From: Eledone cirrhosa
Taxonomy: Eukaryota
Length of the DNA stretch: 64,000 nucleotides
Assembly (NCBI GenBank): GCA_964016885.1
Contig: OZ024758.1
Coordinates: 2,108,001 to 2,172,000, forward strand
Direction of reading: 5' to 3'
A program made the translations under genes and the position numbers. Shown piece by piece: positions 50,950 through 63,107 of the stretch (position 1 is its first letter; every line of letters begins with the position of its first letter). The notes beneath the pieces are model-generated. The model did not search any database. It was not told the origin of the DNA and worked only from the letters and a program-made list of their open reading frames with translations.

Positions 50950-53900
50950 TTATTCTGATGTATAAGCAATACATTCCTCAGTTGATGACCAGTGAAGTAA
51001 CTGAGTAGAAACATTGAGCTCCAACCCTGAAGACACCACCTCCTCCTCTACTGTAATGCTCTCCTTCACATGTTTCCCTTTCTTTTTGGTTTTATCTGTT
51101 TAATAGAAACACAAATAAGACACATCAGTGTGTATGTCTTTATATGTGTGTGTGTGTGTGTGTGTGTCTTTGTATGTGTGTGTGTGTGGTTACTTACCAC
51201 ACTTCCTTTGTTATATATATATATATATATATATGTTAAGTATTTCCAAATAAAAAGCAAAGGAAAAAAGAGTGCTCTATGTATAGAACAGAGCTAATTA
51301 GAAAGTGAACAACACAATATATAACTACTCTATTACCAAAGGTTTCAGGACCGTAGACAGTATTAACATACGTCTAGCTTGTTCATCAGACAGAGGGGTT
51401 ATGAAATGAAAAAACGTATTTTCATTTCAAATTATATATACTAGCAAATTATATATACTAGGAGAAAACCACCCTGCTAGTGAAAGTGTTGACATTTCAG
51501 AAATTTTAAAGAAGTGAATCTTTAAATAAACAAAATATATTTAATCAACAGCCACAAAATTTAGTAGATAAATTATGTAATATTCATTCATTATTTATTC
51601 AAAGTAATCCAACTTATTTTACTAATGGGATAAAAAATTATAAACTGTACGCAGTCCCACGCTCCTCCTTTTATTATAGTTTAGATATATATATACCCCA
51701 CTCATTTACCATACACCCATGACTTTATACTAGCCACCCTTCTTATACCCACCCTCACTCTCTAACCACAGCTGTCCTGAGACAATCCTTCTTCACCTCA
51801 TAGAATAGAAAGAGCTCTTCAGTCGAGTCAAGGGCAGACGGCCTCTCTAGAGTTTGTACAACAATAAAATGCATGCAGTAAATGTTGTAAAGTAGCTGGC
51901 ATTAGGAAGAGCATCCAGTTGTAGAACCCATGCTAAAATGTAACAGATAGAGAGGGAGAAAACAGGAGAAATATACTCACTTTTAGAACTACCATGGGGA
52001 GAGGATTTCTTGCTCTTATCATCTTTCTTCACATTCGGCTGGTAAAAGTTATAGATGGGGACCATAAGTAAGAATCTTTGCACAAATATGATTAGAATAA
52101 TTTAGCATGCATCCCCACCCAATAATTGCCTGATGGCTTTACCTCACATATCTCACATAGCATTTACATTACTCTATATATACTATTGTATTTTCACAGT
52201 AAAGGCTTTACCTCACATAATATTTCACATAACATTTACATTACTCTATATATACTATTGTATTTTCACAGTAAAGGCTTTGCCTCACATAATATTTCAC
52301 ATAACATTTACATTACTCTATATATACTATTGTATTTTCACAGTAAAGGCTTTACCTCACATAATATCTCACATAGCATTTACATTACTCTATATATACT
52401 ATTGTATTTTCACAGTAAAGGCTTTACCTCATATAATATCTCACATAACATTTACATTACTCTATATATACTATTGTATTTTCACAGTAAAGGCTTTACC
52501 TCACATAATATCTCACATAATATCAAATCTATGAGATTTCGATGTTATTTATTTTGAGAACAATATTTAAACGTCAGTATGAGTGGCCAGTTATGGTCGG
52601 TTTGAACAGAAAGAGGTGAGAGAATTCTGGCCAGATACAACTGGTTTAAATATTAAAGGGTTAAAACAAAACTGATTTTAAAATAACTGACCTTGGAACG
52701 TTCTGAGGTATGAACTGATTCAGGGGACTCTGTAAGTTCATAGGAAAATTGGGTGTTGATCTGATGGTCTCCTTTGATGAAAGATTCCATGTTGAGATAG
52801 AATTTGGTTAGACATGTATATTCTGGTGGTGCCCATTTGATTATAGTACTTGTCTTTTTTTTCTGATGAGGCAACTGACAATATATATGATTGCTGCATA
52901 GAAGTCTTAACACATGATGATGATGATGTTGAGGATGAGGGAGACCAAGGATGACCTAAGGACAGACACTGGTCTCTAGGAGATGCAAGACATAGCGGCG
53001 ATGATGAAGGACAGAGACTGCTGGAGAGAACTTGTCCATGGATCTCGGGAATTTTATCTGCCCTAGAGATATATATATATATATATATATATTGTAGACA
53101 TAAGGTAAATATATTCTATGAAATCAGTAGACCAAGCATGGGCAATCTTTTTCGAGAAGCAGGCCGCAAGCGTTAATTTACATTCGTGCCCACATTTAAA
53201 AAAAGGGAGGTAACTCAGGTTGTTTTGATTTGTTTCTTCAGAATTCGTACACATTATTTTCCTCGATCGTAAAAATGATAGAAAGATAAATTATGACTGA
53301 AAAGTTGGGGTAAAAAAATTAGAAAGATTTCACTTAGGTGACTAAAGCAAGCGATTCAGAAAGCTTCGCAGGCTACAGGTTGCCCATGACTGCAGTTGAC
53401 ATAAGGTAAATATATTCTATGAAATCAGTAAACCTACCTTGTTTTGTTTTTTAAATCTCAGTTCTTTCTTTTTATCTGTAGAAATCTTGTCAGTTTGTTC
53501 ATGTTCCTCAACGGATGTGTCATATCCTGTCAACTAGAACAATCACATTAAATACTGTCACATGACAGACATAACTTTCACATTGACAGTAAATATATCC
53601 AAGTTATATATAATGATGATCTTGATATATCTATAAAGTGTTGGAAACTATAATGATCCCCAGAAGATAGCTGATGTTTGTCTCTTCTCAGTTTTCTGGT
53701 TCACATATTTCTAACACATGATTTTTTAATTATATATATATATGATATATATATATATATAGGAAAAAGTATGACCCCGACAGCAGAGCTCAAGCCGTCG
53801 AAACGGCTTGAGCTCTGCCGTCGGGGTCAGACTTTTTCCTATTTCCCACTCTACTACCCTAAGTATTGAGTACTCTGGTGCGTTATGGTACACCTGATAT

Positions 53901-54005
53901 CTTACCACATCCCTCTTTGTAATATATATATGACATATATATATATATCCCGTCCAAACCCATGTTAACGTGGAAGATGGACGTTAAACAATGATGATGA
54001 TGATG

Positions 54006-54036
<31 letters not shown>

Positions 54037-57000
54037 CATATATATATATATGACATATATATGTGACATATATATATATATGACATATATATATATATAT
54101 ATATGACATATATATATATATGACATATATATATATATGTCATATATATATATGTCATATATATATATGTCATATATATATATGTCATATATATATATAT
54201 ATGTCATATATATGACATATATATATATATATGACATATATATATATATGTCATATATCTCTCCTCTCTCTAGCTCTATCCTCCTTCATAATCTATTCTT
54301 ACCTTAGTTTCTACAACACTGATTTCAACATCCCGGTATAAATAGTCACGAAACAAGAGAAGGTTGCTATATTCCATTTTCACCTCCCAGTTCAGAATGA
54401 GTTCTTTCTCCTCCCAGGGTACTGATTGACTTGATAGGGTGACAGTTTTCACTGGTGATAGGTCTGTACTTGAAAGGAATGAATGGTTAAGCCCTTCAGA
54501 TTCAGGGCCTGCAATGAAAAGGTAAGGAGACATCAACAACAAATGAAAAGGGAAATTTAAACCTGTCATCATCATTATCATCGTTTAACCTTTAGCATGG
54601 TAGTAATTTTTATGAATTGTTTCCCTTGACACTACATTATCTATTAAGGGGACATTACTGGTATGGTGCCCTGTGTCGCCCACAGTACATTGAAGGTTAA
54701 TGTCCACTTTCCCTGCTGGCAAGGGTTAGATGGATCAACAATGACCAAGTCAATACTGAAGTGGGGCTACTGACCTCACAGACTGGCCAAGAGGTCTGCC
54801 TTACGTATGGTCATATGTTCTAATGTCAATAAAACATAAGTCAACCATGGAGTAGCAATGGTGATGTGACATATTTATTTAAATGGCAGTGGCCTGTAGA
54901 TAATCGTTTCTTATATAGGCACAAGGCCAGCAATTTTGGAGGGGAAAGTCGATTAAACCGATCCCAGTTTGTGACTGGTACTTTATTTTATCGACTCCGT
55001 AAGGATGAAAGGCAAAGTTAACCTCGGTGGGATTTGAACTCAGTGTGGCCTGTAAAGATTCATCTAGATTAGGCGTAGCCAGACAATCTAGTTGTCACAG
55101 AGAAGATGATGGGTGTATAAAATCTGAGCACATTTTCTTCAGGTACCACCCTTTTTCTCTATAAAGTTATGTTGGAACCACAATATCCAGTCCAAACTAA
55201 TGAGGTTGTGTAGGTGTCACGACAAAAAAAACACACAGTCCACGCTGTAATGTGGTCGTATAGGTAACATGGAAAAAAGCTCCCAGTCCACACTGTAAAT
55301 GTGGTTGGTGTTAGGAAGGGCATCTAGCTGTAGAAAACCTGCCAGATAGTCCTATACGAGCGAGACACGGTCACCCGACCAATCTTGCCTCAAGTGGGAC
55401 AACTTCCGTCTAACCCATGCTAGCGTGGAAGATAGACGTTAAACGATGATGATGATGATGATTTTTGTGGTAAAAGCTTTACCTCACATAATATCTCATA
55501 TAGCATTTACATTACTCTACATATACTATTATATTTTTGTGGCAAAGGCTTTATCTCACATAATATCAAATCTACGAGATTTTGATATTATTTATTTTGA
55601 GAACAGTATCTTAACATCAGTATGAGTGGCCAGTTACAGCCAGTTTGAACAGAAAGAGGTGAGAGATTTCTGGCCGGTTTAAAGGTTAAAGAGTTAAAGG
55701 TGACAATGATGATGATAAATATGTATGCTCATTAAGTATGACTAAATACCTTTACAATCCTTGACCTGTTTCTTCGGGTCAGCAGGTGTTAAATCCACCT
55801 TTGATTTTGTCATCTTTACATGTTTTAAAAAAGAAAGAAACAAGTTTTAAGAAAGAAACAAGTTTTAACACAATATATATATATATTGTGGAGGCACATG
55901 GCCCAGTGGTAAGGGTGTTGAACCTACGAATTCCTGGGTTGTGAGTTGTGTTCTTGAGCAAAACACTTCATTTCATGTTGCTCCAGTATACTCAGCTGAA
56001 AATGAGTACCAGTAATAGCTGGAGGTTTAACCCTGCGATGGACTGGTGTCCTGTCCAAGGGGGAGTCTTGTACTCTCAGTCGCTTCACGCCATGAAACTG
56101 GGATAAGCACTGGCCAAATGGGCCTTCTGGTTAAGACAGACTTTAGACTACTTTTGGCACAAGGCCAGCAATTACCCCAGTGTATTACTGGTACTTTATT
56201 TCATCGACTCCGTAAGGATGAAAGGAAAAGTTAACCTCGGCGGGATTTAAACTCAGAATGTAAAGGGCCGTAACTCTTTTCTGCAAAGCATGGCGTCCGA
56301 CCCTCTACCAATGCTACCAATCCACCGCCACTGTTATTATTATAATAATAGACAGTGGATTGGCAGTATCGGTGGAGTGTCGGACACCATGCTTTGACGC
56401 ATAGAGTTACGGCCCTTTACAGTCTAAGTTCAAATCCCGCCGAGGTTAACTTTGCCTTTCATCCTTACGGGGTCGATAAAATAAAGTACCAGTAATACAC
56501 TGGGTAATTGCTGGCCTTGTGCCAAAAGTAGAAACAATTATTATAATAATAGTAATACAAACATTTTCCTCGCTTTTGTCTTTGCTGTCTTTCAAAGACA
56601 CATCACTTTCCTCAACATGTTCTTTGCTGTCCTCCTGTAAGTTGTCACTACTATGTTGGTCCTCAGCAAGAAGCACCACTTGTATACCATAAGTTCTATG
56701 GACTGAGACGAGATCACCCAGATCAAAGTTGGACTGCAATAGCAGATTACAGAAACATTATTAGAATGGTAGTAGATTATAGCAATAGAATGGTGGTGGT
56801 GGTGGTAGTGGTGATGGTGGAGGTGGTGGTGGTGGTAGTGGTGGTAGTGGTGGTGATGGTGGTTGTGGTAGTGGTGCTTGTGGTATAGTGGTGGTGGTGG
56901 TAGTAATGGTATTAGTAGTAGTAGTAATAGTAGCAGTAGTAGCAGTAATAGTAGCAGTAGTAGTGGTGGCATCATTTGTGTGAGAGGATGTGTTAATCAC

Positions 57001-60000
57001 TATCCAAACAAGCCAACAAACTCACCTTCAATTCTTGTGGCATGGGAATTCCTCTGATGCTGGGAATACTCACCGTTATAACAGCTTTCTCTTCTATACG
57101 ATCTACAAAAGGGAATATGAAATAAAAAAAAAATATGCATAATATATTTTTGTTGATAAACGCACCCAGTACACTCTGTAAAGTGGTTGGTGTTAGGAAG
57201 GACATCCAGCCATAGAAAGCTTGCCAAACAAGGGGTTAAGAGGACCCTTTAGTTATGTCAAGGACATGACAATGTCTCTTTTGCACTTGATATGACTGTA
57301 TGTAGGGGCCTCGTTTGCCTCAAAAATGTGAGAGGAACAAACCAACATTTGTTGATTCTTAAAGGAGCATAAATTGCTTATGGAGCCTTTCCCAGACCCT
57401 ACCACATAAGGAAAATTTTACACTAATTAAATTTTATATATTCAAATGAAGTTAGGATTTTAAAAAATTAGCTTAAAAAGAATTTATTATATCAAATAAA
57501 CAAAAATAAAACATAGACGTTTGAAAAAGTGTGGGGGACTTGTCCTCTGGTACCGCCTGAAACAAGGCGCTTGACTGTATGTAAGTGGGATATAGACCCC
57601 TTGGCAAGTCTGGGAGGTTAGTAACCTCATTTCAGTATTGACTTGGTCTATGTATGAGGGTTCGCTGAAAAGTTCATAGCCTGACCAAGATACTCTCATG
57701 GAATGTAACCAAATAAGGCTCAACATAGTCCCTCTTGCAGTCCACACACTTCTTCTGTCTGTGTTGCAGACTTTGGATCCCATTGGTGAAGAAGTTTTCA
57801 TCCTGTTGGTCAAAAATGTTATCAAAAGCAGATATGACATCGTCATAATTACAATATTGGTCCCCAGCCAAGTTTTTCTTTTCCATGTTGGGGAACAGAT
57901 GATAGTCAGATGGGGCCAAATCAGGAAAGTAGGGAGGGTGATCAACCAGTTCAAAGCCACAGTTATAGACAGCAGCTATTGAAACTAAGGACCGGTGTGT
58001 TGGAGCATTGTCCTGATGAAACAAGACCTCTTTCATCAGTTTTCCTGGCCAGTTCGTCAAGATAAACTTTCATAACTGCCTCAGTAAGTTGGAATAGTAC
58101 TCTCCATTGATGGTGTGACCCTTTTTGAAGATAATCAACAAACACAATGCTTTTTGCATCTCCCAAAACTGAGGCCATCACCTTCTCTGCAGAGGAAATG
58201 ACTTTGGTCTATTTTGGAGCAGGTGAGGAGGGATGTTTCCACAATATTTTACAGCCAGATGCCCTTCATGACACCAACCCCTTTTTAGTTGCCTCTTACA
58301 GGGATACAGTGTGTTTATTCTAAAAACCAGAATACACCTAAAAAGTAAAATTTGTGGAAAACATAAAAGAACTCACCGCTCAACAATTTGAGTTCCCTAA
58401 AATTGTATCTCTCATCCCCTCTGATTATAATGTAGTCTAAGACCATCAGGAATGGTAAACTAACGATGACATAACCACGGTATCCTGGAGAAAGCTATAA
58501 AAATAATAAACATTTACAATAGACATTTCAAGACACAAGAGTACACTTTATTCTTGTTGAATAGTTCATGTGGAGGTCATGGCCCAGTGGTAAGGGTGTT
58601 GGACTTAGGATCATAATGTCGTGGGTTTGATTCCTGGGCTGGGTTGTGTGTTGTGTTCTTGAGCAAACCACTTCATTTCACATTGTTCCAGTATACTCAG
58701 CTGAAAATGAGTACCAGTAATAGCTGGGGGTTTAACCCTGTGATGGTCTGGGAAAAGTATTGTACTCTCAGTCACTTAAAACCATGGAAACTGGGATAAG
58801 CACCGTCCTGATGAGCCCTCTGGCTTGAGACAGACTTTGAATATTTCATAGAACAAGCATTTTGACCATTGTGGTGGTAAGTGACCAGATGTAATAACCC
58901 TCATCCCATAAGTGACCAGATGGAATAACCCTCATCACATAAGTGACCAGATGTAATAACCCTCATCCCATAAGTGACCAGATGGAATAACCCTCATCAC
59001 ATAAGTGACCAGATGGAATAACCCTCATCCCATAAGTGGCCAGATGTGATAACCCTCATCCCATAAGTGACCAGATGTGATAAGGTATGAAGGAAAAAAA
59101 CCCTTACCGCAAGTGGGTTGCCAACAAGGACTAAACTGTGTAATTTGGGCAAAGCACTGCATGTTTTTACTACTTCTTTTAAGTTACACAGATTATTATG
59201 AAGTAAATCTAAAGACAGTAATTCAGGCCTGCAAGAAAAGAGAGATAAAGTTTGTTTAGTTGTTTTATGGTGACCCTCATGTATGTATGGTCCCGTAACT
59301 CCCAGGTTTTTCTATATATATATATATTATAATTATAATATATATATATATATATATATAATATATATATAGGAAAAGAGTCAGGACCCTGACAACTGAG
59401 CTCTAGCTGTTTCAACAGCTAGATCTGAACAGTTTGGATCTAGCTGTCAAAACGGCTGGAGCTCAGCTGTCAGGGCCGTGACTCTTTTCCTATTACCCAC
59501 TCTACTACCCTAAGTATCGAGTACTCTGGTGCGTTATGGTCCACCTGGTTCCTTACCACACTTTCTTTGTTATATATATATATATATATATATATATAAC
59601 CTGATTGTATTTTCGTTGCTTTGGTATTATGTGGCTGGGCTCACCTGTCGCAGTTTTCAATTTGTCAAGCTATCTAATGTATGTTATTACACTAAGGTGA
59701 TACAACCTTATCGAGTGTTTTGCTGCACATTCATTATTGTATATCGTTAGCTTGGCCACAGCCAAAACTTTGATTTTACTAAACTTCCATTTGTATATAT
59801 ATATATACATAGAGAGAGAGAGAGAGAGAGTACATACCAATGATTTCGTGTTAATTGTTTATCAATGTTACTGATGGTGTTGTAGCTGAGTCCAAGATGA
59901 ATCAGTCGAGGCGGTTTATCACACAACCCTTCCAAATTACTGATTTTGTTGGCACCCAATTTCAGGAGCTGTGAACACATAGAGTGGAAGGTGCATATGA

Positions 60001-62732
60001 AATGGAGAGTCAGTCAAAAATAAATGAATGAATGTAGAATAGAGTGTAGCTTCTAATAGTGTGTGTGTATTGGTTGAGCAGCTCTACTTGAAGGAGTTGT
60101 TGAGCTATTTTTAGCTCTTCTATGAACCTCTTTGTTATCTAGTTGCTGCTAAGCACATGGTGTCTCATCTACTCTAGTATGATGTTACTTGATAACCCTT
60201 TAGCATTTACATGGTGGATTGGCAGTATCAGTAGAGGGTCGGACGCCATGCTTTCCAGCATACAGTTATGTCCCTTTACTGTCTGACTTCAAATCCCGCT
60301 GAGGTTAACTTTACCTTTCATCCTTACGGGGTTGATAAAATAAAGTACCAGTAATGCACTGGGATAATTGCTGGCCTTGTGCCAAAAGTAGAAACAATTA
60401 TTCTATATATACTATTACATTTTCTTGGTAAAAGCTTTATCTCACATAATTTCAAATCTAATAGATTTTGATATTATTTATTTTGAGAACAATACCTTAA
60501 CATCAGTATGAGTGGCTAGTTATGGCCAGTTTGAACAGAAAGAGGTGAGAGAATTCTGGCCGGATACGGCCGGTTTAAATTCTAAAGAGTTAAATCTAAC
60601 TCAAGATTTACTTTTGTTACAACCTGATAGAATGGCCACTTAGAATGTTCCAGAGCTTACCCATCCCCACCTAGCACAAAACCCTGGCAATAGGCCTATT
60701 TTCTCAGATATCCTTACCAATGATTAATTGAAAACAAAAAGGTCAGAATTAATAAAATACCTGCACTAATGGAGGCAAATTCTTTGATGGGATTTTCTCA
60801 ATGTAGTTTGCACTAAGATTGATCTCTTCAAGGTTATTGAACTTCAAAACACCGGAATCAATTTCTTGAATCTGAAATATGTATGTACACAAATGTATAT
60901 ATGTGTGTATATATATATCATCATCATCACCTTCTTTGTTTTATAGATAATTATATATAAATGTGTGTGTATGTGTATGTGTATGTGTGTGTAGAGAATG
61001 CCTACACACACACTAGAGAATCCCTTACGGTTGATTTCCAACCTGCTAGAAATAGCAGTCAGGTTGGTTAGCATACCCGGGATGTTTTTCTTCTTCTTTA
61101 ATGTTATAAAATTAGTATCAATAAATCTTCCTGCGAATTGAGAGAGCACAGCTCCGATACTATGGACATGTGGTAAGAATGTCTCAGGAAATAATCGCTG
61201 GATAGATTTGTAGCTCGGAGATCAGAGAGTCATTCCAGATAGAGTTGCTACTTCTCTGAATTAAAAGATCACAGCTCTAATACTATGGGCATGTGGTTAG
61301 AATGTCTCAGGAAAGAATCTCAGGACAGATTACAAGGAAAACGAATCAGCAGGAAACCCAGGGGTAGACCTCTCAAGCAAGATGGTTGGATAACATCCAT
61401 GAGCTTGGCTGGTCTCACTTGAGGAACCAGCCGAATCAGTTGGAGATGGTTGCTTCTGACAGGACTTTCTGGAGGGAGGGTTTGAGGACTCTGCCCCAAA
61501 GACTATCTTAGGAATAAGGTTTTATGATACATGCTGTTATTATAAAACCAGGGTAGTTCCAAGTGGGTTGCTATCAAAAGGGTTAAACATATTTTACATC
61601 ATGTTGATTGGATTTTAATAAATCTATAATCAATCAATTAATTAGAGAGAAGAGACTCACCAAAGAATTCCTAATAGTCAGTGTTTTGAAGTGATTAAAA
61701 ACAAATTCATCATTTATCCATTGTGGATTAGTAATGGCAATTTCTTGCAGACTAGTGGCTTCTTCACTCCAGCTATAGTCACCGTGCCATGGTGAATAGT
61801 CTGAACGGACATACTCCAGCAAACTATCAACATCTCTGATGTCAGAAGCATCATCTGAGAGACAAAATAACAATATATATATAAATTTCTGCGATTCTGT
61901 CATAACACGTAAAGAGAGAGGAGTAGTTTCACTACCTCATACTCTCCTCTCTCTTTATGTCTGTTTCCTGTGTGAATGTTTGTATACTCATACATGTAAA
62001 TGTATGCATACACACACACACACACATATATACACACATACACGTTAGTGTGTGGAAAAAATTCTAGTACATATAAATTTGAGCAACTTCCATCCATCAC
62101 ACAATGTGTGTGTGTTTGTATAAATGTAGATGTGTGTGTGTGTGTGTATTTGTGTTATTCCATTTTTAAGGATATGAATTAAATATTTGGCTGATATTTC
62201 TAGCAATCTGAATAACCACATAGAGACCGTCATTGTGTCATTGACTCACCTTTTGAAATGTTGAAAAATTGAAGACTTTGGAATTTCTTTGAATATTGTT
62301 CATTTCTTTTAACAGGTTTTTCTCTCTTTTGAATGGCGTTGGTTGAGGGTCACAGAGAATGGAACAATAAAAAGTAACAATAAATAAAAATAAAAGAAAA
62401 ATAATCGTTTCTTTTCAGGTAACCTGACACCTGATTGTTCCAAAAAAAAAAGAAAAATTTAATTACATAAAAAAAAAAGTTAAAAGAAACAAAAAACTAA
62501 TTTAACACGGACAACTACAAGACAACCAAAATATTGATCGTGTTCACCACATGGTGACGGACGACAGACAACTTACTGATGAAAAAGGAAATTGTTATTC
62601 AGGGGAAGGTTTGTAATTTTATTCTCAGAATGCATTTCTCAGGGAACGAGAACAAGGCAAACCAAAAAACAGTTTTTTAAACGCTGCACACCAGGTCCGA
62701 ACACAGAGAAACCGAACTCCTACTGTAACCAA

Positions 62733-62820
<88 letters not shown>

Positions 62821-63024
62821 TTCAAAATATTAACAAAATAGATATTCTTGTAATCAAGTATATTTTATTATACATATTTCAGAGGTACTGAGTTAAGTTC
62901 AACAGTACGTCCTCATCAGACAAAATAAGATGATGCATGACATACCCTGACATAGTAGATGGTTAAGATTCAGTATGTTGAGTGCTTCCAATCTATTGTA
63001 AAACTCATTCTTTGATTTATTCAT
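50950..63024 (-). CDS. LRRC43: Leucine-rich repeat-containing protein 43, about 14 coding exons, ~584 aa (first exon tentative)
   Basis: Minus-strand exons 63024-62946 (tentative), 61854-61661, 60871-60761, 59968-59838, 59228-59108, 58494-58377, 57102-57026, 56733-56563, 55813-55750, 54508-54303, 53533-53438, 52874-52692, 52038-51981, 51095-50950; GT-AG, phases consistent. Peptides LLEYVRSDYSPW, VLKFNNLEEINLSANYI, HLGLSYN, NHWPELLSLDLLHN, LVLVGNPLALSPGYRG match recalled human LRRC43 (LLGLVRSRHSPW, LLKFLKLEELVLSANRI, NHWPNLVSLDLGFN, LVLQGNPLALVPYYRG). Confidence 0.9.
51250..51410 (-). mobile_element. Copy of hammerhead-bearing element family (core 51343-51389), last intron of LRRC43
   Basis: High similarity to 12827-12930; reverse strand CTGATGA-ACAAGCTAGACGTAT...ATACTGTCTACGGTCCT-GAAA; stem I is poor. 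Confidence 0.55.
52135..52664 (+). repeat. piggyBac-type MITE with internal 72-bp tandem array
   Basis: Same internal unit plus CATAATATCTCA, about 5 copies, ending AAAGGGTTAA. Confidence 0.9.
53133..53392. mobile_element. hAT-type MITE with 8-bp target-site duplication
   Basis: TIRs CAAGCATGGGCAA and TTGCCCATGACTG; flanks CAGTAGAC and CAGTTGAC. Confidence 0.75.
53759..53925 (+). mobile_element. Short (TA)n-embedded element with 40-bp GC-rich terminal hairpin and conserved tail
   Basis: Hairpin 53759-53842 with CGAA loop and two mismatches, followed by CCCACTCTACTACCCTAAGTATTGAGTACTCTGGTGCGTTATGGT; (TA)n on both sides. Confidence 0.8.
55148..55462 (+). mobile_element. Family C element, second long copy
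   Basis: Collinear and highly similar to 2838-3146. Confidence 0.75.
55888..56146 (+). mobile_element. tRNA-derived SINE family B with V-domain-like core (representative copy)
   Basis: A box TGGCCCAGTGG, core TTGTGTTCTTGAGCAAAACACTTCATTTCATGTTGCTCC; relatives at 412-700, 775-975 (-), 3727-3935 (-), 22372-22573 (-), 40268-40500, 58570-58840. Confidence 0.75.
56147..56550. mobile_element. Two family-A SINEs arranged head-to-head
   Basis: 56147-56330 on the minus strand and 56353-56550 on the plus strand, separated by a short near-palindromic spacer. Confidence 0.88.
57653..58245 (-). mobile_element. Degenerate mariner (DD34D) transposon 3' fragment
   Basis: ORF 57674-58060 has VLFHQDNAPTH and HPPYFPDLAPSDYHLF (mariner HDNA and YSPDLAPSDY motifs); frameshifted upstream part MMASVLGDAKSIVFVDYLQKG; terminal TATGAGGGTTCGCTGAAAAGTT. 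Confidence 0.9.
58878..59083. repeat. 31-bp tandem repeat, about 6.5 copies
   Basis: TAAGTGACCAGATGGAATAACCCTCATCCCA. Confidence 0.92.
59369..59572 (+). mobile_element. Second copy of hairpin-plus-tail (TA)n element
   Basis: ATAGGAAAAGAGTCA...TGACTCTTTTCCTAT arms with diverged interior, same tail as the 53759 copy, (TA)n flanks. Confidence 0.8.
61140..61520 (+). mobile_element. RTE-like LINE 3' fragment with internal duplication
   Basis: CACAGCTCC.ATACTATGG.CAT.TGGT.AGAATGTCTCAGGAAA occurs twice; homologous to 5320-5560. Confidence 0.7.
62861..62927 (-). ncRNA. Type I hammerhead ribozyme motif near the LRRC43 5' end
   Basis: Reverse strand reads TATTTTGT-CTGATGA-GGACGTACTG...CAGTACCTCT-GAAA-TATGTATA-ATAAAATA; intact core, 8-bp stem I with one G-U pair, GTACTG/CAGTAC stem II; next to a (TA)n tract. 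Confidence 0.65.
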
Positions 63025-63042
63025 TGAACCTTGTTTAACTTT

Positions 63043-63104
<62 letters not shown>

Positions 63105-63107
<3 letters not shown>

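Noticed and set aside
58803-58838. CTGATGAGCC(CTCT)GGC hammerhead-like half
   Set aside because: No GAAA core follows; it is the LINE-like tail of SINE family B and is not conserved in the 56.1 kb copy.
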